NCBI GenBank assembly: GCA_045638465.1 | Contig: JAZUBK010000017.1 | Location: 1-48,608 of the forward strand | Direction of reading: 5' to 3' | Length of the DNA stretch: 48,608 nt | Origin: Clostridia bacterium | Lineage (GTDB): Bacteria > Bacillota > Clostridia > Christensenellales > UBA1242 | Part shown: one piece after another, positions 36,731-45,001 of the stretch | Layout: each line of letters starts with the position of its first letter | How positions within the stretch are numbered: the first letter of the stretch is position 1 | Position numbers and translations under genes: made by a program | Notes under the pieces: model-generated | Databases searched by the model: none | What the model was told of the DNA's origin: nothing | The model's input: only the letters and a program-made list of their open reading frames with translations

Positions 36731-36745
36731 ACATAAACAAATAAA

Positions 36746-36982
36746 TTAACTTGGTATAGCAATTAGAATAAATCCAGCCACCATGATAGATACTCCGACG
36801 ACTTTTAGGACTGATTCTACTTTACTAGGTTGATTAGTTGGTTGTTTGTTTACGGCGTCAGCAATTCTACCAGCAAGTAAAGCCATACTAGCGCCCACGA
36901 CCAAACAAATCATACCGATAATTACGGTAGGTCTTTCAAGATATGTAAGTAAATCTATAAATCCAAGTAATGATGTTGTCAT
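36746..36982 (-). CDS. Small two-TM membrane protein of unknown function
   Basis: 78 aa with two hydrophobic helices, GAGGTG RBS, upstream TATAAT and its own terminator. Confidence 0.85.
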   Translation of the reverse strand: MTTSLLGFIDLLTYLERPTVIIGMICLVVGASMALLAGRIADAVNKQPTNQPSKVESVLKVVGVSIMVAGFILIAIPS

Positions 36983-37122
36983 AATTCACCTCAAAATACA
37001 CTTGTATTATAACAAACTAAATCTAAAAATACAATACCTTTTTTGAAAAAAAGTTATTTTATCTATAACAAACCGTCACAATTTCGAATATTATAACATA
37101 TACCAACAAAAAGGAGATATTT

Positions 37123-38139
37123 ATGAAAAAAGTATTTTTGGCAATAGTTGCGCTAATGCTATCACTATCATCAATATTTATGGTAGGTTGCGGCAAAAAA
37201 GACGACAACCTTATCCGTATCAATGAGGTAACACACAGCATATTTTACGCACCTTTGTATATCGCCATCAATAACGGCTACTTTGAAGAAGAAGGATTAA
37301 AGATAGAACTTACCAATGGCGGTGGCGCTGACGCATCTATGACTGCTATACTATCTGATAGCGCAGACATCGGACTTATGGGCCCAGAGGCTGCCATATA
37401 TGTAAAGGCAGGTGGTGCTAAAGATAGCGCAGTAATATTTGGCCAATTAACAAAACGTGACGGATCATTTTTAGTTTCAAAAACACCAACAGACAACTTC
37501 CAGTGGTCAGACCTTATCGGCAAAACAGTAATCGGCGGCAGAGCTGGTGGCGTACCTGCTCTAACATTAGAAGACACTATGAAAGCAAACGGCCTAAGAC
37601 CAGGAGCCCAAATTGATAGCGAACATGATGTAAAATTAAGAACTGACGTTGCCTTCAACCTTACTGCCCCTACTTTTACCGAAACAGATGCAGACTACTG
37701 CACATTGTTTGAACCTGTTGCCAGTCAAATAGTAAAAGAAGGCAAAGGCTATGTCGTTGCAAGTATAGGTGAGTATAGTGGTGAAATTCCATACACCGCT
37801 TTTATGGCAAAAGAAAGTTACCTAAAGAAAAACCCAGAACGGGCTAAAAAGTTTTTAAGAGCAGTAATGAAAGGCTATGAGTATTTGACCACTGCAGATA
37901 TTGATGATGTTGTAGAAAGCATCTATCCATCATTTAGCGATACCGACAAAGCAGATATCAAGTCTTCTCTACAAAGATACATTAGCATCGACGCATGGAT
38001 GTCAACTCCAGTTATGCAAGAATCATCTTATGCACGACTTCATACAATTTTAAAAAATTCTAACCTTATCGACAACGATGTTCCATTTGCAAGTTTGGTT
38101 GACAATAGCTATGCAGAGTCTATCTTATCAGCAAAATAA
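37123..38139 (+). CDS. ABC transporter substrate-binding lipoprotein, NMT1/THI5 (YtlA-like)
   Basis: Lipobox MVGC, EVTHSIFYAPLYIA, GYFEEEGL, GQLTKRDGSFLV and FEP. Confidence 0.92.
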   Translation: MKKVFLAIVALMLSLSSIFMVGCGKKDDNLIRINEVTHSIFYAPLYIAINNGYFEEEGLKIELTNGGGADASMTAILSDSADIGLMGPEAAIYVKAGGAKDSAVIFGQLTKRDGSFLVSKTPTDNFQWSDLIGKTVIGGRAGGVPALTLEDTMKANGLRPGAQIDSEHDVKLRTDVAFNLTAPTFTETDADYCTLFEPVASQIVKEGKGYVVASIGEYSGEIPYTAFMAKESYLKKNPERAKKFLRAVMKGYEYLTTADIDDVVESIYPSFSDTDKADIKSSLQRYISIDAWMSTPVMQESSYARLHTILKNSNLIDNDVPFASLVDNSYAESILSAK

Positions 38140-38160
38140 TTAACCAATATCATAGTCATT

Positions 38161-38188
38161 AGAAACAGGTTATCCTGTTTCTTTTTTT
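38161..38188 (+). terminator. Terminator between the binding-protein and ATPase genes
   Basis: AGAAACAGG/CCTGTTTCT hairpin plus T-run. Confidence 0.8.
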
Positions 38189-38197
38189 ATAAAATCT

Positions 38198-38225
38198 GCA
38201 CACTCAAAAATCTACAACATATAAT
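38198..38225 (+). promoter_or_regulatory. SigK-like (or weak SigA) promoter of the ATPase-permease pair
   Basis: GCAC-16 bp-CATATAAT. Confidence 0.5.
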
Positions 38226-38254
38226 GAAATATAAAGATAATAAAGGAGTGACAA

Positions 38255-39061
38255 ATGAAAGAACTGGTAAAACTAAAAAATGTAAGTTTGACCTACCAAA
38301 CAAAAACAAGCGAAACTTTGGCTATAGACAATCTAAACTTGAGCATATACGAAGGTGAATTTGTCGCAATAGTTGGCCCTAGTGGTTGCGGAAAAACTAC
38401 TATATTATCTTTAATATCAAAGGTACTTTTGCCAACCAAAGGCACTGTTGAAATATATAGCAAAAATGATAAAAATATCACTGGTTATATGTTTCAACAC
38501 GACCACTTGTTCGGGTGGCGTAGCATAATGAAAAACATAACTCTAGGCCCTGAGATACAAAAGTCGAACAATGGGTCGGTAAAATCTTACGCCGAGCTAC
38601 TTTTAAGGAAATATGGGCTATATGAGTACAAAGACCGTTACCCGAACGAGTTGTCGGGAGGAATGAGGCAAAGAGTGGCTTTAATTCGGACCTTAGTGCT
38701 CAAACCCGAAATTTTACTCCTAGATGAACCCTTCTCTGCACTTGATTTTCAGACTCGTTTAGATGTGTGTGACGACGTGTCAAACATAATAAAACAAGAG
38801 CAAAAAACAGCAGTGCTAGTAACCCACGATTTGTCCGAAGCAATCTCTATGGCAGACAGGGTTATAGTGTTATCACCTCGTCCTGCTAAGGTGAAAAATA
38901 TTTTTACTATAAATCTCAAAGAATACGGCCCACCACTCAAACGTCGTGAGCACCCAGACTTTTCTAAGCTATTTGACAAAATATGGAAGGAAGTAAAAAC
39001 CGATGAAAAACAACCTATCACCAGAAAGAAAACTTTTTCTGAAAAAACAGAGAAACAATAA
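38255..39061 (+). CDS. ABC transporter ATP-binding protein, NitT/TauT family (YtlC-like)
   Basis: GPSGCGKT, LSGGMRQR, LLLDEPFSALD and VTHD. Confidence 0.95.
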   Translation: MKELVKLKNVSLTYQTKTSETLAIDNLNLSIYEGEFVAIVGPSGCGKTTILSLISKVLLPTKGTVEIYSKNDKNITGYMFQHDHLFGWRSIMKNITLGPEIQKSNNGSVKSYAELLLRKYGLYEYKDRYPNELSGGMRQRVALIRTLVLKPEILLLDEPFSALDFQTRLDVCDDVSNIIKQEQKTAVLVTHDLSEAISMADRVIVLSPRPAKVKNIFTINLKEYGPPLKRREHPDFSKLFDKIWKEVKTDEKQPITRKKTFSEKTEKQ

Positions 39062-39809
39062 AGTACTCATTCTCTCTTGCCAAATAGTTTTGCTTGTTGC
39101 ACTTTTTGGCCTTTGGGAAATATTGACCTACTATTATATTCTTGACCCTTTTTATTTTAGTTCACCATCAAGAATAATCAAAACCATCTCCAACCTATTT
39201 GCTCATGAAAATATGCTCTACCATATAGGCATCACATTGTATGAGGCTATACTTGGTTTTGGGATATCTATGTTACTTGGTTTCTTGATTTCAGTTTTGC
39301 TTTGGTGGAGCGAAACACTAAGAAAGATTTTAGACCCTTATATTGTTGTTTTGAATAGTTTGCCAAAAATAGCTCTTGGTCCCGTTATAATCATATGGTT
39401 CGGTGCGGGTACAAAATCTATAGTCGTTATGGCGATACTAATATTAATAGTTATAACTATTCTATCTATGCTCTCTGCTATGCTATCTTGTGACAAAAAC
39501 AAAATACTTCTTTTAAAATCTATGGGAGCAAACAAACTACAAATTTTGTTCAAACTAGTCCTTCCTAACGCCTTTCCAGAATTTGTGTCTATACTAAAAA
39601 TAAATGTAGGTATGACATGGGTTGGTGTTGTTATGGGCGAATACCTTGTAAGCGGTGCGGGTCTTGGATATCTTATTGTTTATGGAGGTCAAATATTCAA
39701 GCTAGACCTTGTTATGGCAAGTACACTTATACTTTGTATTTTGGCAGGAGGAATGTACGCATTAGTTGCCTTGCTTGAAAAGAAAATACTAAAAAACACA
39801 AAACGATAA
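39003..39809 (+). CDS. ABC transporter permease, NitT/TauT family (YtlD-like)
   Basis: SSPS, LNSLPKIALGP, EAA-like KSMGANK and GEYL...GLGYLI. Confidence 0.95.
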   Translation: MKNNLSPERKLFLKKQRNNKVLILSCQIVLLVALFGLWEILTYYYILDPFYFSSPSRIIKTISNLFAHENMLYHIGITLYEAILGFGISMLLGFLISVLLWWSETLRKILDPYIVVLNSLPKIALGPVIIIWFGAGTKSIVVMAILILIVITILSMLSAMLSCDKNKILLLKSMGANKLQILFKLVLPNAFPEFVSILKINVGMTWVGVVMGEYLVSGAGLGYLIVYGGQIFKLDLVMASTLILCILAGGMYALVALLEKKILKNTKR

Positions 39810-39842
39810 AAAAAACTATTAGGCAGTGCCTAATAGTTTTTT
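39808..39842. terminator. Bidirectional terminator
   Basis: AAAAAACTATTAGGCA/TGCCTAATAGTTTTTT hairpin. Confidence 0.85.
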
Positions 39843-39846
39843 ATTT

Positions 39847-40422
39847 TTATTCAAAACTAATTCCATACAATTCAGATTTAAATACTAAGATCTTTGACTC
39901 AACGTTTACAATATCAATTAATGCAACTAAACTTTGACTTTGTGTTACAATTTGGATTCTTGTTTCGCCAAGTTTTAAAGAATAATCAAAAGCCATCACG
40001 CTTGAAATATGTTCTTCAATATCTGCCTCTATGATTGTATCATAATCTAATTGATCTAGTGGAGTTCCATTGTATGTTGCTTGATATGAAGCATATGTGT
40101 ATGTTGGATAGTCGCTTTGTTTAGAATTAATATCAAAAACAAAAGTTGCTGTTACACCACTATTTGTCCATATAAGTTTTAATTGAGTCTTTTTAACACT
40201 TACAACACAATCAACTATTTTCATATTACCAGACAAGTTTGTAACATAAGTACCCGGTTGATATTGAACATACCCCTCTACCTCTGTATTATCTACAACA
40301 ACTTGCATACCTAATAATTGATAATCTTGTTCTATAATAAATTGCTCTCCACAACCAGTAAAAATAAATCCAGAGCAAATTATCGCACAAAAAACTAAAA
40401 TAGACATATATATCTTTTTCAT
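39847..40422 (-). CDS. Hypothetical lipoprotein (beta-rich)
   Basis: Signal peptide with lipobox FTGC; AGGAGG RBS. Confidence 0.85.
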   Translation of the reverse strand: MKKIYMSILVFCAIICSGFIFTGCGEQFIIEQDYQLLGMQVVVDNTEVEGYVQYQPGTYVTNLSGNMKIVDCVVSVKKTQLKLIWTNSGVTATFVFDINSKQSDYPTYTYASYQATYNGTPLDQLDYDTIIEADIEEHISSVMAFDYSLKLGETRIQIVTQSQSLVALIDIVNVESKILVFKSELYGISFE

Positions 40423-40436
40423 GAAATTCCTCCTAT

Positions 40437-40475
40437 TACACTAATTAGTGTACCCCCACCCAACTTTCTTGTCAA
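40437..40475 (-). promoter_or_regulatory. SigA promoter with a G-tract spacer and overlapping palindrome
   Basis: TTGACA-17 bp (ending GGGTGGGGG)-TACACT; perfect palindrome TACACTAATTAGTGTA at 40437-40452. Confidence 0.75.
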
Positions 40476-40486
40476 ATATTTTAAAC

Positions 40487-40522
40487 AAAAAACCTACTAA
40501 GATTTTTCTTAATAGGTTTTTT
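40487..40522. terminator. Terminator after the 471-aa lipoprotein gene
   Basis: AAAAAACCTATTAAG/CTTAGTAGGTTTTTT hairpin on the minus strand. Confidence 0.8.
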
Positions 40523-40543
40523 GTATTTTTATTATGTTATTTA

Positions 40544-41959
40544 TTAGTTCCAGGCTGACTCTACTGCAACGCCTTCTATCGTTGGCAACATATTATTATC
40601 AATCAAATACTCATCTGTTACTTCTCTAATAATATTTGTATAGTCTTTTTTTGCAATTACTATAGGAAATTTCATACTACTAGCAGAAATAGATGGAAAA
40701 TACGTATTTGCTGTAAGTAGTACCCTTTCGGTCTCTGGATAAAAATTATACAAACACCTTGTCTCCCAAGAAGAAACCTTATCTGATTTATTCCAGTCTC
40801 CAAAACCATATATTAAAGCAAGTAGCAATCTATTCGTCTCTATGTTTGTCTTGTCAAAAAATTTAGTTATCGGATATTCGTCTATATTTCTATAATCAGT
40901 AAATATTTTTTGATATGCAAGATGTAAGTTTTCAGCAGTTGATTCTTTTTTATAACTACCTAGCATAACATCAAACTTTTTAGTTGGGTTGTAATTATCT
41001 AAAACACTAGTTAACACATTTTTTGTTGCCCAGTCTAGATACAACACGCCAAAATCTCCATAGTGAATACTAACAAGAGTATTATACTCTGCCGTTTGGT
41101 CATAATCTATTGTAGATATATATTTTATTGGGCCACCTTCATATTCATACTGTACACGGCCAGTAGGCTCAATGATTGGCTCTGGAGAATAAAAATCTAC
41201 GCTATAAGAATAAGTCCTTCCACTATGTTTAAATGTTTGAGTAATAGTAGTATCATTTTGGATTTTTACTATATCATAACCAAAAAATTCGGCATAATAC
41301 AAAGAAAGTAAATAATCTCCATTATATTCGTAATAAAAATTTTCATCTCCAATATTTAAATTAAGATTTCCTTCAAGATAAGGCTTCATTCTTCCTTGCA
41401 AATGTTCCGGGCTTATAGCAAAAATATCTTCCATTGATATACCATCGTAATATAAATCACCCATAACATAATCATACCAATATTCTAGGTCTATACCCAT
41501 ATCTGGTCTATAATATGTCCCTATACTAAAATAATTAAAAAACAACTGCGCATCAATATTTATTTTAGATTCATTAGTTACTACAAGATAGTCAATAATC
41601 ATTGTTCCTGTTTCGTTATCCCATTTAGTACTATTGGTAAATGCTTCATAAAACCTTGAAAAATCACTGTCACAACCAACTACTCTTGGATCTATAACCA
41701 TAGTTTTACCATCAGGAAACCAAATAACTTGAGCAGTATTCCCGCCATATTTGTATGTTACAACTCTCATATCATATAATGTAGTTATAGTAGATACATC
41801 GTCATCTTTATTGTCATTACCACCATTATCGCTACTTCCAGTATCTTGACTCGGAGTATCGTTTTGGTCTGCAGGTGGTTTTTGACCACAAGCAGTTAGC
41901 AAAAAACAAGGTATTATCAAAAAGATTGCAAATAAAAAACTCAATATTCTTTTCTTCAT
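40544..41959 (-). CDS. Lipoprotein with a degenerate ComEC/metallo-beta-lactamase-like fold
   Basis: Lipobox LTAC, D/N-rich linker, FPDGKTMVID, IDYLVVT and IHYGDFGVLY; metal-binding His residues absent. Confidence 0.75.
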   Translation of the reverse strand: MKKRILSFLFAIFLIIPCFLLTACGQKPPADQNDTPSQDTGSSDNGGNDNKDDDVSTITTLYDMRVVTYKYGGNTAQVIWFPDGKTMVIDPRVVGCDSDFSRFYEAFTNSTKWDNETGTMIIDYLVVTNESKINIDAQLFFNYFSIGTYYRPDMGIDLEYWYDYVMGDLYYDGISMEDIFAISPEHLQGRMKPYLEGNLNLNIGDENFYYEYNGDYLLSLYYAEFFGYDIVKIQNDTTITQTFKHSGRTYSYSVDFYSPEPIIEPTGRVQYEYEGGPIKYISTIDYDQTAEYNTLVSIHYGDFGVLYLDWATKNVLTSVLDNYNPTKKFDVMLGSYKKESTAENLHLAYQKIFTDYRNIDEYPITKFFDKTNIETNRLLLALIYGFGDWNKSDKVSSWETRCLYNFYPETERVLLTANTYFPSISASSMKFPIVIAKKDYTNIIREVTDEYLIDNNMLPTIEGVAVESAWN

Positions 41960-41984
41960 ATTTACTCCTCCAAATTACTTTTGT

Positions 41985-43589
41985 TTATTTATCACTTATA
42001 TAAAACTTCCAAAAGTCTTCTTGGTTTACATTAAAATATTTGCAAGTTTCTCTAATTGTTGTTTTATTTCTAAAGCTATCAAACTCATAATAAATAATAG
42101 CTGCCAAAATATATGGATCTTCTATTCCTTCTTTGCAAAACTCTTTTATATTATCAAAATAATAGTTTAGATTATAAATCCATCTATTACCACTTTTTCC
42201 GATAATACGATTAACAAGTAAAGTATACGCTTTATAAAATACTTCGTCCTTTTTATTTTTCATAGACAAAGGCACAAAACCAATCAAGTTACCATCATAA
42301 GAGATAACATAATCTTCGTTATAACCCAAATCTAGTCGTCTTGATATAATTATTTGTTTAAGTGTTTTATCGACCTCTTCTGCAACATATAATTGTTGGA
42401 ATAACTCTTTTAGCCCCAATATCTTAGAAGCTCGTGTAAAGAATAAGTTTTTTAAATGCTTATCTTTAATGGTTGCAACCCATTTTACAAAGGCCTCATC
42501 GCAAGAAACTGTTTCTTCAAACTTATCATCAGAATACTCAACCACAGCCTTCAACTTTGACTTTAACTTTCGGTCAAAAGTTTTACACATTGTAAAATAA
42601 TCATAAGTTTTTGGGCTTTCATTTTTTTCACATAATTTAAGCATCTCTAAATAATAGATAACATCTAGTTTAGCAACTTCCTTTAGATCAAGTAATTTAT
42701 CTTTTGCCTTACTAAATAACCCAAGCCCTAAACAAATAGATGCGTATAAGTTATTTGCATTTTTATCATATGGTTTAATCTTCAAAAACTTCTCTAAAGT
42801 CTCTAAACATAACATCATATCATCAGATTCTAAAAGCGACAAAGCAAACTTAAACAAATCAACTTCATTTAGTTTTGCTTTTTTTATCTCTTCGACTAGC
42901 GCTTTCCTTTCTTCTTCTCTACCTAGTTCATTTAAAACAACCACCATGCTTATCTTATCTCTAATAGTCATTTCTTCACTAGGTAATAGATTTATTGCTA
43001 TATCTGATTTCCCTGACATATAATAACAATCAATAAGAAGTTCTCTTGTCTCTTGAGATTTTTTATAATCATATTTGCTTAAAACCTCAATAGCCTCATC
43101 AAAGTGCTCATCTTCGTACAAATCTAAAGCATAGTTGTAGTCTTTTTGAAACTCTTGGCTATCTTCTAGTTTTACTTCTCTTATTTTTGGTTTTAGTTCT
43201 TTATGCAAAAACTCAAAAACCTTATTTACAGCTTCTTTCTCTTTTTTGTCAGCCTCAGTAAACATAAACAATTCTTTATATTTATTTGCCAAAATAAGGT
43301 TCTTTTCGGTCACGGCGTTTTCAAACATTGACCTTACAGCCTTAGACTGAAGTGGCCTTGATAGTAGCGACAACATAAAATACTCACTGCTTCTAGCATA
43401 ATCTTCCATACAATTATACATAAGTCCCAGTATAAAGTAGATTTCAAGTTTTTCTCCACCAACTGCTACTTTTTCGGCCTTATTCAAAAATTTAACGCTA
43501 TTTATAAAATTTTTATTTTCAAATGCCCCCATTGCTTTTTCACAATAGTATCCGGCATCTCTTCTTATGTTAGTAATCATTGCATCCAT
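41985..43589 (-). CDS. TPR-repeat protein with a C-terminal cyclin/TFIIB-like helical motif
   Basis: Repeated TPR patterns (YFILGLMY...YARSSEYF, YNYALDLY...FDEAIEVL, LKIKPYD); C-terminal ILAAIIYY...TIRETCKYFNV. Confidence 0.8.
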   Translation of the reverse strand: MDAMITNIRRDAGYYCEKAMGAFENKNFINSVKFLNKAEKVAVGGEKLEIYFILGLMYNCMEDYARSSEYFMLSLLSRPLQSKAVRSMFENAVTEKNLILANKYKELFMFTEADKKEKEAVNKVFEFLHKELKPKIREVKLEDSQEFQKDYNYALDLYEDEHFDEAIEVLSKYDYKKSQETRELLIDCYYMSGKSDIAINLLPSEEMTIRDKISMVVVLNELGREEERKALVEEIKKAKLNEVDLFKFALSLLESDDMMLCLETLEKFLKIKPYDKNANNLYASICLGLGLFSKAKDKLLDLKEVAKLDVIYYLEMLKLCEKNESPKTYDYFTMCKTFDRKLKSKLKAVVEYSDDKFEETVSCDEAFVKWVATIKDKHLKNLFFTRASKILGLKELFQQLYVAEEVDKTLKQIIISRRLDLGYNEDYVISYDGNLIGFVPLSMKNKKDEVFYKAYTLLVNRIIGKSGNRWIYNLNYYFDNIKEFCKEGIEDPYILAAIIYYEFDSFRNKTTIRETCKYFNVNQEDFWKFYISDK

Positions 43590-43596
43590 ATTATAT

Positions 43597-43625
43597 AATA
43601 TACCAAAATATTACAAAAATGTCAT
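43597..43625 (-). promoter_or_regulatory. SigA promoter abutting the TPR gene start (leaderless)
   Basis: ATGACA-17 bp-TATATT with a TG extension, 7 nt before ATG; no SD. Confidence 0.6.
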
Positions 43626-43676
43626 TACAAAAAACCCTAGTAGTATACTTTTTTTGTTTTCACACAAATTATATAT

Positions 43677-44258
43677 ATGAAACATAAAGGTATCTATATA
43701 TTTTTTGGATTAATTACTCTATTTTCTATGACCTCTTTTGTATTGCCTAGCTTTGCACAAACAAAAACTGCTGCCTCAAAACAAGAACAAATCAAAGAGG
43801 TAGAAACAAAAAAAGAACCCGTTATCCTATACAAAGACAACTGGTTTGATTTTGTAAACGAATATTGGGAAAAATACACCACAGTAGCTACTGTCATTGA
43901 TATAAATAGCGGCATCAGTTACGATGTTTTGAGAGTTGGAGGATACAACCATGCCGATGTTGAGCCAATAGACAGTTTAAATACCACAATTATGCATGAT
44001 ATATATTCAAATCAATGGCAATGGACTAGAAGGCCTGTATGGGTAAAAATCAAAGACAGATATATAGCAGCATCAATTAACGGCTATCCTCACGCATACG
44101 ATTATGTAGCAGGTAACGATATGACAGGGCATACTTGTATTCATTTTTACAAAAGCCGCACCCACGGTACAAACAACTGGGACCCTGAGCACAGAGAATG
44201 TGTAGAAATAGCCTACGCCTCTCAAGAACTTTTTAATAACTATGTAGGCAACAAATAA
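43677..44258 (+). CDS. Secreted or anchored protein with a His/Cys-rich domain like those at the C-terminus of clostridial peptidoglycan-binding proteins
   Basis: N-terminal signal peptide; GGYNHADVEP, WQWTRRP, AASINGYPH and GHTCIHFYKSRTH. Confidence 0.75.
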   Translation: MKHKGIYIFFGLITLFSMTSFVLPSFAQTKTAASKQEQIKEVETKKEPVILYKDNWFDFVNEYWEKYTTVATVIDINSGISYDVLRVGGYNHADVEPIDSLNTTIMHDIYSNQWQWTRRPVWVKIKDRYIAASINGYPHAYDYVAGNDMTGHTCIHFYKSRTHGTNNWDPEHRECVEIAYASQELFNNYVGNK

Positions 44259-44288
44259 AAAAAGTTAGGCAATTACCTAACTTTTTTT
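44257..44288. terminator. Bidirectional terminator
   Basis: AAAAAAGTTAGG/CCTAACTTTTTT hairpin. Confidence 0.85.
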
Positions 44289-44305
44289 AAGGAGTATTAT
44301 ATGAA

Positions 44306-45001
44306 TTATTTTTTATAGATAAGTCTTCTACATTGTTCGCACTCTACATACCCGTTGGCATTTAGTTTGCTCTCATATGCTGCAGATAGTCCCATACTGC
44401 AACCACCACATGATTTACCATTTAGTGCTACAAAAACTGGGAATATTCCATCTGCTCTTGACTTTTTGTATCTATCCAAAATCTTTGAATCGATTTGTTT
44501 TTCTAAACTAGCAAGTTGAGAAGTTACTTCTTTGATTTGTGGCTCTAGTGTTGCACAAACTTTATCATACTCTTCTTTTGCTTGTTTGTGCTTTGTCTTT
44601 GCAACGATAATATTTTGTCTTACTTTTTCAAAGTCTTTCAAAATTTGATTTCCTTGCATAGATGCTTTTGATACTGCCCTTCCCAAATTACTCAATTTGT
44701 TTGACATATCAGTAATTTTTTTGTTAAGGTCTTCAAGTTCTTTTTCACTCTTATCATCAATAGGTGTTGAAATCAACTTTTCCAAAGCTTTTTCTACTTG
44801 TACATACTCTGCTTTGCATTTTTCAAAACCATCAAAAATATCTTTTGCTTGAATTTCTAAAGTAGCAAGATCTGATTGTTCTTTCTTTACAGTTGCTACC
44901 ATCTTAGCCAAAAGATCTTTTGCCTTATTGTTATTTAACTCTCTATTTAGTTTGATTAATTTTGCTTCAGTTGCTTGATAATTTAGAATTTGAGTTAACA
45001 T
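44306..45001 (-). CDS. Coiled-coil protein with a C4 zinc ribbon (DUF164/CT398-like)
   Basis: Long coiled coil followed by CGGC...CEQCRRLIY. Start moved to 45001 (MLTQI) after GGGAGA. Confidence 0.88.
   Translation of the reverse strand: MLTQILNYQATEAKLIKLNRELNNNKAKDLLAKMVATVKKEQSDLATLEIQAKDIFDGFEKCKAEYVQVEKALEKLISTPIDDKSEKELEDLNKKITDMSNKLSNLGRAVSKASMQGNQILKDFEKVRQNIIVAKTKHKQAKEEYDKVCATLEPQIKEVTSQLASLEKQIDSKILDRYKKSRADGIFPVFVALNGKSCGGCSMGLSAAYESKLNANGYVECEQCRRLIYKK

Noticed and set aside
39003-39061. 59-nt overlap of the ABC ATPase and permease genes as a recoding signal
   Set aside because: Both ORFs are complete and the permease has its own purine-rich RBS; most simply a stop-codon drift adding a short tail.
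32239-44258. Accessory patches as prophage, ICE or defence island
   Set aside because: No integrase, transposase, phage structural gene, att-like repeat or recognisable defence domain; the genes are interspersed with valS and the ABC transporter.
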